The position numbers were made by a program, and so were the translations under genes. Positions 42,476 to 50,900 of a DNA stretch of 51,316 bases are shown here, piece by piece. The notes under the pieces were generated by a model that was given only the letters and a program-made list of their open reading frames with translations, ran no database searches and had not been told where the DNA came from. Each line of letters opens with the position of its first letter. The first letter of the stretch is position 1. The stretch is from Clostridiales bacterium (GTDB taxonomy: Bacteria > Bacillota > Clostridia > Oscillospirales > Acutalibacteraceae), in assembly GCA_022791355.1 (NCBI GenBank), contig JAAVYX010000089.1, forward strand, positions 1-51,316, written 5' to 3'.

Positions 42476-44194
42476 ATGAGGAAAAAAAGAAGCTTTGCGG
42501 AAAGGTTTTTTCCATGGAAGAATGGCAAGAATTCTGAAAACGCCGCGGAGGAACAGCTGCAGTCTATTGAAATGGAGGAGATTCCTCCTCCCGAGAGGCC
42601 CAAGGATGAAATAAAGGTTCAAGCCGGCCGGCAGCTTACGCAGGCCTGGCAAAAATGGCGCGGGGACGCGGCCACGCTTTGGCTAACCGTATTCGGCGGC
42701 GAAAACGGCTGCAAATTGCATCTCGACCCCTCGACGCTGGAGCCTGAGGGGAGCAGACTATCCGACCAGCTGGAAAAGGTTGCGGAAAAATATTTGCAGG
42801 CATGGGAGAAAGCGGCCAAAGAAACTGCGGCGGAGCCGGGCGCGCTGTGTAAAGTCTATATGTCCGCCGACCGGATGGCGGCTTGGCTTTTCCTGTTTCC
42901 ACCTTTTTCCCCGCAGGATAAAATTTCATTGGAAGCGCTCAACGAAGCCGTGCGGAAGAGCGGCGTTACGACTGGAATCGATCAGGCCGCGATAGACTAT
43001 GTATTTCAAAATCAGCCCTATTTTGAGCTCGTGCCTCTGGCCTGCGGCACAATGCCCGTTGAGGGCGCGGACGGCACCATAAGGGAACTATATCCCCGGC
43101 AGACCGAGGACGAAATCAAGACGGATGAAAGCGGCGCGGTCGATTACCATATGAAAAATTATATCCAGGCGGTCCAAAAAGGGGACATTATTTGCGACAT
43201 CCTTCCGCCCACAGAGGGTACGCCCGGCATGCGGGTGGACGGTCAGGCCGTCAAACCCCATCCTGTGAAGCCGGCCAAGGTTCTTCTTGGCGCTAACACC
43301 GCCTTTACGGACGACAAACAGCATGTGATTGCCAAAATGGACGGACATCTGGAATACAGTCATTCCACCTTTTCGGTTCGCTCCATTTTAGATGTGGCGG
43401 GCGACGTGAATTACGAAACCGGCAATATTGAATATCATGGGGATGTTCATATTCACGGCAATGTCTGCGAGGGATTTTCGGTCCGTGCGGCGGGCTCGGT
43501 CATAATTGACGGCGCTGTGGAGTCGGCGCATGTGGAGGCGGGCGGAGACGTTATTGTGGCAGGCGGCATTCTAGGCGATAACCGCGCTCTGATAAAGAGC
43601 CGCAGTAGCGTCCGCGCAAAGTACTTGGAAAACTGCGTTGTATATGCCGGCGAAGGCGTATACGCAGACTGCGCCATAGCCTCGCAAATCGGCTGTGATA
43701 ACAGTATCGTAATCACCACCGGACGGGGAACGGTCATCGGCGGAACCTTGACGGCCGGTAAGCTGGTTAAGGCGCATATCGTAGGCTCTAAGTCAGGCAA
43801 AAAAACAAGGATCATTCTGGGGGTTCTACCCTATACCGAGCAGGAAGGCGCGGCCGGCGAGGCCGAGCTGGAAGAAATCCATCAAGAGCTTGAGAAGCTG
43901 GAGGAAGAAATTCGCCGGTTGGAACGGCAATCGGGAAGGGCAGACGCCAGCGCTCAGCTTGGAAAGGCGAATCTGCGCAAATCCGTCCTCACCATGAAGG
44001 AGGAGCGGGCCTTAAAAAGCAAGCAAAGGCTGGAATCGGCCAAGCCGGATTTAAAGCTGTGCCGGTTTGAATGCAGCGTTGTATACCCTATTACGAAGTT
44101 AACCATTCAGGAATACGTACATTACTTTGAAGATATGAAAAACAGCTGTATCGCGACGCTGGACCTGCAAAGCGGAGAAATTAAATTTCACTGA
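42476..44194 (+). CDS. DUF342 / FapA (flagellar assembly protein A)-family protein
   Basis: FapA-N-like VYMSADRMAAWLFLFPP...ISLEALNEAVRKSGVTTGID. Beta-helix repeats GDVHIHGNVCEGFSVRAAGSVIIDGAVESAHVEAGGDVIVAGGILG. C-terminal coiled-coil. Confidence 0.75.
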   Translation: MRKKRSFAERFFPWKNGKNSENAAEEQLQSIEMEEIPPPERPKDEIKVQAGRQLTQAWQKWRGDAATLWLTVFGGENGCKLHLDPSTLEPEGSRLSDQLEKVAEKYLQAWEKAAKETAAEPGALCKVYMSADRMAAWLFLFPPFSPQDKISLEALNEAVRKSGVTTGIDQAAIDYVFQNQPYFELVPLACGTMPVEGADGTIRELYPRQTEDEIKTDESGAVDYHMKNYIQAVQKGDIICDILPPTEGTPGMRVDGQAVKPHPVKPAKVLLGANTAFTDDKQHVIAKMDGHLEYSHSTFSVRSILDVAGDVNYETGNIEYHGDVHIHGNVCEGFSVRAAGSVIIDGAVESAHVEAGGDVIVAGGILGDNRALIKSRSSVRAKYLENCVVYAGEGVYADCAIASQIGCDNSIVITTGRGTVIGGTLTAGKLVKAHIVGSKSGKKTRIILGVLPYTEQEGAAGEAELEEIHQELEKLEEEIRRLERQSGRADASAQLGKANLRKSVLTMKEERALKSKQRLESAKPDLKLCRFECSVVYPITKLTIQEYVHYFEDMKNSCIATLDLQSGEIKFH

Positions 44195-44583
44195 TTGGAC
44201 GATACGGCGACGTATGCGTCCTTCTCAGAGACGGCTTGCAAGCCCCGCGGGGTAAACGGACGAAGCTGTGATTTTTTTCCGGCCGGGAACAAGGGCTGCG
44301 GTTGAGGGCCATTCTCTGCTCTGAAACAAGCCCGACCTTTGGCATATAGTATACGCTATGCGTCAATTTCTGCGAATCCCTGGATTGGCTCCGCATAGCG
44401 GAGCGTCCCTTGGGGGAAGCATGGAGCGCTTTTTGACGTTCACAGAGATGGGCTGCGCGAAAATCTATATGGAAAATCGCGGCCCGGGCATAAAGAGATC
44501 GATTTGCAATTTTCCAAACAAACGGCTTCCTCCAGACGCTAGCCAGGCGGTTGCGGGTTGACCGGAAAGGGGCATTTGCTTCT

Positions 44584-46581
44584 ATGGCGAAATATAAGGA
44601 ACAGGAAAAGGATTTGATTTTCGCGCTGGACATTGGCACGCGCAGCATCGTCGGCGTTGTGGGCAGGCTGGAAAACGAAAGATTTAAGGTCTTGGCCATG
44701 GAAAGCACCGAGCACAATAACCGAACCATGCTGGACGGGCAGATCGACGATATCAGCGGCGTCGCCTCTTTGGCCGGGCAGGTCACCCAAAGGCTGGCAA
44801 GCAAGCTGGGCGTCCGTCTGAAACGCGTTTGCGTGGCGGCCGCCGGCCGTGCGCTGCGCACACAGCGCGGCAGCTTCTCCTTGGAGCTGAATGAAAAGAA
44901 CCCGATTACGGCCAATGAGATCAGTCAGATTGAAGCAGGCGCAGTTAGTATGGCGGAAGAAGCTTTGCAGGACGACGAAACTGGCCGCCGCCAATTCTAT
45001 TTGGTAGGGTATACCGTTGTCCAATACCGCTTGGATAATTATCCGCTGACGACCTTGCTGAACCACAGCGGCCAAAGGGCGGAGGGGGATATAGTAGCGA
45101 CCTTTCTGCCCGGCGAAGTGGTGGAAAGCCTATACGCCGCTATGCGGGAAATCGGGCTACAGGTGAGCAGCATCACTCTGGAGCCTATCGCCGCCATGAA
45201 CGCGGCTATTCCGGCCGAGCTTCGTCTGCTCAATCTGGCCCTGGTGGATATTGGAGCGGGTACCTCTGATATTGCCATTTGCAGGGATGGAAGCATTATC
45301 GGCTACACTATGGTCACCCAGGCCGGCGACGAGATTACTGAAACTATTATGCGGGCTTATTTGGTGGATTTTCAAACCGCCGAGCAGATGAAACGCAGCC
45401 TGAAAACCGACGGTACAATCACCTTTGTCAATATTCTGGGACTGGAGGAAAGCGTTTCGGCCGAAGCGCTTTTCAAGGCGATTGAAAAACCGATGGAAAG
45501 TCTGGCCGAGGCCATTTCACAGCAGATTCTCGCAATCAACGGCAACGCGCCGTCCGCCCTTTTCATGGCTGGCGGCGGCAGCAAGCTGGACGGCCTGCAG
45601 GAAAAGATGGCGGCGTGTCTGTCTATGGACCGAAAGAGGGTAGCCTTGGCTGGCGGCAACTTTTCCAAGAGCGTATTTACAGACGACGAGACTTTGGAAC
45701 TGAACAATTCGGAATATGCGACGCCCCTGGGAATTGCGGTTTCCGCAGGTATGGGACTGCTGAACGACAGCTATATCGTATATTTGAATGGGGAAAGAGC
45801 CAAGCTGTTCCGCAACGACGCCCTAACCTTGGGAGATATTTTACTGATGAACGGATATACCTATACTGACTTGATGGGCAGGGTGGGAAAAAGCCTGAGC
45901 GTCACGGTCGACGGAAAGCATATGCGTTTCCGAGGGGAACCGACAGCGCCGGCCATTTTGCGGATTAACGGCGCGGACGCGGCCATAACCACAGTCGTAC
46001 ACGCCGGCGATCGCATCGATTTTACGCCAGCCAAATCGGGCGCGCCCGCCGTTAAAACTCTGGCGGATATCTTGGGAGCGGATTATGCGGGCAAGGTGCT
46101 GGTGAACAATAAGGAGGCAACCTCCTTGCAAACCTCGCTTCGATACGGCGACGTGGTTTTAACCTTGGGCAAATCGCAGTCTTCTTCCCGGCCGACCAAG
46201 GCGGCGCGAAAGGCGGAAGACCCGAAACCGGAGGAACCCCCAAAGCAGCCGGAACTTCGAAAGCAGTCCGAACCTCAAAAACAGCCGGAACCCCAACTGC
46301 AGCTTCCGGTTCAGCAGGCGCAGCCGTCCGCGTCCCCGGCAGAAAATACGAAAAAGAAGGAACTGCGTTTTTTTTTGAATGACAGCCCCCTTTCGCTGCC
46401 GGAAAAAGAAAACAAGGAGCCCTACTATTTGATGGATCTGCTGGAATATACGAAAATCGATTTTGGAAACTTAGACTGTCCGGTGCGGATGACGGTCAAC
46501 GGAGCGCCATGCGCCTTTCAAACGGTGTTGCATGACCGGGATTCGGTCGTCATCTGTCCGGAAGAGAGTACAGTAAAATAA
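44584..46581 (+). CDS. FtsA/PilM-like actin-fold ATPase with a long C-terminal extension
   Basis: Phosphate-1 ALDIGTRS, phosphate-2 LVDIGAGTSDIAI, adenosine motif MAGGGSKLDGL. The ~270-aa C-terminal extension includes a PEPK-rich linker. Start is uncertain: the ORF track gives 44551, and the ATG at 44584 is used here. Confidence 0.7.
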   Translation: MAKYKEQEKDLIFALDIGTRSIVGVVGRLENERFKVLAMESTEHNNRTMLDGQIDDISGVASLAGQVTQRLASKLGVRLKRVCVAAAGRALRTQRGSFSLELNEKNPITANEISQIEAGAVSMAEEALQDDETGRRQFYLVGYTVVQYRLDNYPLTTLLNHSGQRAEGDIVATFLPGEVVESLYAAMREIGLQVSSITLEPIAAMNAAIPAELRLLNLALVDIGAGTSDIAICRDGSIIGYTMVTQAGDEITETIMRAYLVDFQTAEQMKRSLKTDGTITFVNILGLEESVSAEALFKAIEKPMESLAEAISQQILAINGNAPSALFMAGGGSKLDGLQEKMAACLSMDRKRVALAGGNFSKSVFTDDETLELNNSEYATPLGIAVSAGMGLLNDSYIVYLNGERAKLFRNDALTLGDILLMNGYTYTDLMGRVGKSLSVTVDGKHMRFRGEPTAPAILRINGADAAITTVVHAGDRIDFTPAKSGAPAVKTLADILGADYAGKVLVNNKEATSLQTSLRYGDVVLTLGKSQSSSRPTKAARKAEDPKPEEPPKQPELRKQSEPQKQPEPQLQLPVQQAQPSASPAENTKKKELRFFLNDSPLSLPEKENKEPYYLMDLLEYTKIDFGNLDCPVRMTVNGAPCAFQTVLHDRDSVVICPEESTVK

Positions 46582-46597
46582 GGCGGGTTATGATACA

Positions 46598-47428
46598 ATG
46601 TGGATATTAAAGAAAAACAACCCTACAGATTCGTCCGCGGATGAGAGGGAAGCGGCGCAGCCGGCCTATAAGGCGGCTGCGGCATCCCAGTTTATAAACG
46701 TTCGGAAAAATATAGCCATCGTTCTGTGCGCCGCTGCACTTTTCTGCCTATTGACGGGCTGCCAGTCCAAGGGGGAAGAGGAAGGGCTTATCGTCGAAAC
46801 ATATGCGATCGAGTCGGAAAGCGTGCCCGCTATGCAGGTAGAGGACAACGTGGAGGTGTCGATGACCGACCCCGTCACTTATGCGTACATAGGTTGGGAA
46901 AACGCGGGAGAATCGGTGTCCCAATATGTCGAGTCCATGACGGCCGAAGAAAACGGTTTTTCAGTGGCGAAAGCCAAAGAAGCGCCAGATTATACCAAAG
47001 AAAAGGGCGACGTGAAGCTTACCAAGCAAGCGGTAAGCGACGAAAATAAGCGGATTGCCCTGGAGTTGAGCTGGTATCCCGGCATCTGTACGGTAGCCGT
47101 TAGTCTGGAAGATGCCGCGGGCGGCGCAAACGGGGAAGTCGCTGAGCAAGAGACCCTGACCCAGACCGAAGCGGTCGAAATGATCCAAGGCCTGCGCCCA
47201 GCGGTTCTGGAGCTCAGCGGAGACAGTATGGACGCTTATAACGTTTATGTCAGAAATGGGCTGGTTGACGTCAACCAGGAGGCGTGTATCTGGCTGGAAA
47301 TCTATACCGATGCAACCAGGGCAGGGACAAACGCTCATATGGGAACCTACTATCTCAGTCGGGACGGCAAGCGGCTGTATTCTCTAAACCATGCGGACGA
47401 TTCAATCAAGAAATTAGAGCTTAGCTGA
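46598..47428 (+). CDS. Membrane-anchored or lipoprotein-like protein of unknown function
   Basis: 276 aa. The hydrophobic segment IAIVLCAAALFCLLTGC ends in a lipobox-like LTGC, but it follows an unusually long ~40-aa N-terminal region. The gene starts 17 nt after the actin-like gene. Confidence 0.55.
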   Translation: MWILKKNNPTDSSADEREAAQPAYKAAAASQFINVRKNIAIVLCAAALFCLLTGCQSKGEEEGLIVETYAIESESVPAMQVEDNVEVSMTDPVTYAYIGWENAGESVSQYVESMTAEENGFSVAKAKEAPDYTKEKGDVKLTKQAVSDENKRIALELSWYPGICTVAVSLEDAAGGANGEVAEQETLTQTEAVEMIQGLRPAVLELSGDSMDAYNVYVRNGLVDVNQEACIWLEIYTDATRAGTNAHMGTYYLSRDGKRLYSLNHADDSIKKLELS

Positions 47429-47467
47429 AGCCCGGGGCGGCTGATAACAAATAGACCGAAACAAGCC

Positions 47468-47506
47468 TGCCGGCCGCAGTTCGTACCCTGCGGCCGGCAT
47501 TTTATC
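47468..47506 (+). terminator. Rho-independent terminator
   Basis: TGCCGGCCGCAG-TTCGTACC-CTGCGGCCGGCA (12-bp stem) followed by TTTTATC. Confidence 0.85.
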
Positions 47507-47999
47507 ATAAAAAAGAAGATCGTCTGCCTCCAAGGCGGAATAGAGCTTTGGGGGACAAACATTTATCGCTCGTTAGGCTGTTTTCGCTGCGGCCGGTGGG
47601 CAACCGAGTTGCGCCCGGCTATGCGGACCGTCCCCTAAAGGACGGCTTGCTGACGGCCGCCAAATCCAAGAACGCCGTTAGTACCCTTTATTAGTACCCG
47701 CTCCCCCCGTTTGGTCTGTCCGTGAAGGCCGCCTTTTGGGCTGCTGCGCTATTCCCCAAGGCAGAAGGCAGCGGCCCGCTCCAAGAAGCGGTTTGAAGCG
47801 GCCAAGCTTGGGTCGCCGCTGGACTCTTTGGCGTTTTACAGATGAACGGCGGCAGAGGAGAGCGTTTGGGCGCAGCTGGTCGAGCGAAGCTCGACAACTC
47901 GCCGGCCAGCCGCAGGACCAAACGGCGTAGATGTTTTTTTCGCGGTGAGGATCATTCAAAGATATTAGAGCGCATTTCAAATTCGGGAGGTATTTCCGC

Positions 48000-50900
48000 A
48001 TGAGTGAAACAAAGAAATTTTGGCAAAGCATTTTGTGGGTATTGCTCCTGTTGGCGGCTGTTGTCCTATTGTTTCGGTGGTATTCCACAGCAAACAGTCA
48101 GCGTATTGAAACTCAAAATCTGAATTATACCATAGACTCCGCCCGGCAGACGGCTAAACGGATAGAGGGCGAGTTCGCCAACGCTGTCCTGCGCATTCGC
48201 AACTACGCTTATTTGCTGGACACCAGCCTGAGCGAGCCGGACGTCGGCCTGGAGCTGCTGCGGGGAATTGAGGAAAATTCGATTTTTGACGCGATTCATT
48301 TCACCAACAAGGAAGGAATCGACCTGGCCTCCAGCGGCGTAACCTCCAACAACCGTGACAAGACATACTTTATCAAGGGCATGCAGGGGGCGAGCGGTCT
48401 GGAAGTGGTCTTCACGCCTGGAGCGGCCGATGAGGCCGTAATAACCTTTTACGCCCCCCTGCGCCACGACGGCGAAGTTTTCGGGATGCTTCTCGGCATG
48501 TATTATGCGGAAAACTATTTGCAGAATATGCTGGCCGCCACCTACTTTGGCGAAGCGGCGGGCGTCTATCTGTGTACGCAGGAGGGGCGGGTTATCGCCT
48601 GTTCGGGCGGTTCCGGCGCGGCCCATGACAGCCGGCCTTTGTTGGACAGGCTGCGGGAGGAAAACCTGATCGACCCGGACGCCGCCGCTGAAGCCTGGAA
48701 TATATTCCATCAGGGCGACGGCGAAGGCGGGGTTATCTGCGACAGTAAGAGCGCAACCGACAATTTATGCGTGCTGCATATCCCAAACAGCGATTACGTT
48801 TTGGTGCAAACCTTCCCCCGCAGCGTGACGCGGGCCATGATCGAAAACGCCAATCACACCGGAATCGTTTTGCAGTGCATCCTTATCGGGCTATTTGCGC
48901 TCTATATCCTGGTTTTGGTCATCCGTTCCCAGCGGAAGCGAAAGCTGCTGGAGCGGGAAAACCGGGAGATGGGCTACGTAATCGACGGAGTGACCTCTCT
49001 GTTCTCCTGCTTCGTTCTAGTGGATCTGTTGGAGGGGTCTTATTGCTATCTGGCCGGAACAAAACCGGAAGAGTCGGCGTTTGCGACCGCCGGCCGGTAT
49101 AAGGAGCTTTCCGCCTACTTCGGGTCCCTTCTGGCGGATGAAAACGACCGGTCGAAATTTTTGGAGCAAATGGAGCCGGAGGCCCTTGCTGCGGGGCTGG
49201 GCAGCGGCGGCGCAAACATTCAGTATGAATACCGCATCCGGCGGGCGAATGTCGTAGGCTGGGAACATATGAATATCCTTTGCTTAGAACAAAAGGAGGG
49301 CCGGGCGTCTAAGGCCCTGATGTTCTGGCAGGACGTCACCAAGCTAAAGGAGGAGCAGCTGCGCACCCAGGCGGAAATTTCGATTGCCAACCGTAAGGAG
49401 AGACAGTATCGGATCGCTATCACCTCCAACGCCTTTTGCACCTTTGAGTTCAACTTAACAAAGGACTTAATGGAAGAGGACATCGCGCGCACGATAAACG
49501 GCCGCCGGGTATCTCTGCTGGAGAAAGTGGGGCTGAAAGCGCCCTGTAAAGCGTCGGATTGCTTTGAAAGGTGGAAAGCCTTTGTATTAGAGGAGTCTAT
49601 GGACGACTACGCGGCCGTCGTAAACCTGGAGCGCCTGCGGGAAGGTTTTGAAGCGGGGGAGGCTGAGGCGACGGTTGATTATTGGGAATGGGCTTCCGAT
49701 ACGGAGCAGATGTGCGTCCGCCAGTCCTTCATTATGACCCGGGACAGCGGCACCGGCGATATTATGGTTATGGTCGTCTCCAAGGATATCACAGAGCAGG
49801 TGCAAAAGCAGAGAGAACAGACCCAGGCCCTTCACGAGGCGTTGATGCAGGCCCAGCACGCCAACAACGCCAAGACCACCTTCCTGTCCAACATGTCCCA
49901 CGACATCCGCACCCCGATGAACGCAATTATTGGCTTTACTACCATTGCGGTTACCCATATCGACAACCAGGAGCGGGTGCGGGACAGCCTGCAAAAGGTC
50001 CTGTCGTCCTCCAATCATCTGCTCAGCTTGATAAACGATATTCTGGACATGAGCCGAATCGAGAGCGGAAAGGTGCAGATTAAGGAGCAGGAATGCAATA
50101 TTTCCGAACTGACCCACAATTTGGTCAGCATTATCCAGCCCCAAGTGAAAGCCAAACAGATGGAGTTGTTTATCGATACCTTCGACGTGGCCAACGAGGA
50201 TGTGATCGCCGACTCCCTCAAGCTCAGCCAGGTCTTCGTAAACCTGCTTTCCAACGCCGTAAAGTATACGCCTGCGGGCGGGACGGTCAGCTTCCGCATC
50301 ACCCAGGAAACCACCTTTCACCGGGGCTATGGAGATTACACTTTCGTTGTCAAGGACAACGGCATAGGCATGTCGCCGGAGTTTGTGGAGCATATTTTTG
50401 AGCCCTTCGAGCGGGAGGCCAGCACGACCAAAACCGGCATACAGGGGACGGGGCTGGGTATGGCCATCACCAAAAATATCGTAGACATGATGGGCGGCGT
50501 CATCGAGGTGCAAAGCGAGAAGGGAAAGGGCAGCGAGTTCAGAGTCCGCTTGAGCTTGAAGCTCCAGGACAAGGAAAAAAACGCGGCCCAGATCAAGGAA
50601 TTGGAGGGTCTGCGGGCCATGGTGGTGGACGACGACCCGGATAGCTGCGACAGCGTCACCCGTATGCTCAAGCAGCTGGGGATGCGGGCCGAATGGACAA
50701 CCTCCGGCCGGGAAGCTGTCTACCGCGCTAAGAGCGCTCACAATGAAGGCGATTGCTACCATACGTACATCATCGATTGGCAGATGCCCGAAATGAGCGG
50801 GGTGGAGACCGCCAGAGGCATCCGCGCGGCAGTGGGGCCAGAGGCGCCGATCATTGTCCTCACCGCCTACGACTGGGCGGACATTGAGGAAGAGGCAAGG

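Noticed and set aside
44358-44561. 67-aa ORF in the DUF342 / actin-like intergenic gap.
   Set aside because: It has no convincing RBS and no recognisable motif, and the composition is unremarkable. I kept it only as part of the unexplained-spacer finding.
47740-47790. SRP RNA-like motif (CCAAGGCAGA) in the non-coding region upstream of the kinase.
   Set aside because: Only a 10-nt coincidence. The flanking GGAAGGAAGCAGC/GNRA helix-8 context of SRP RNA is absent on both strands.
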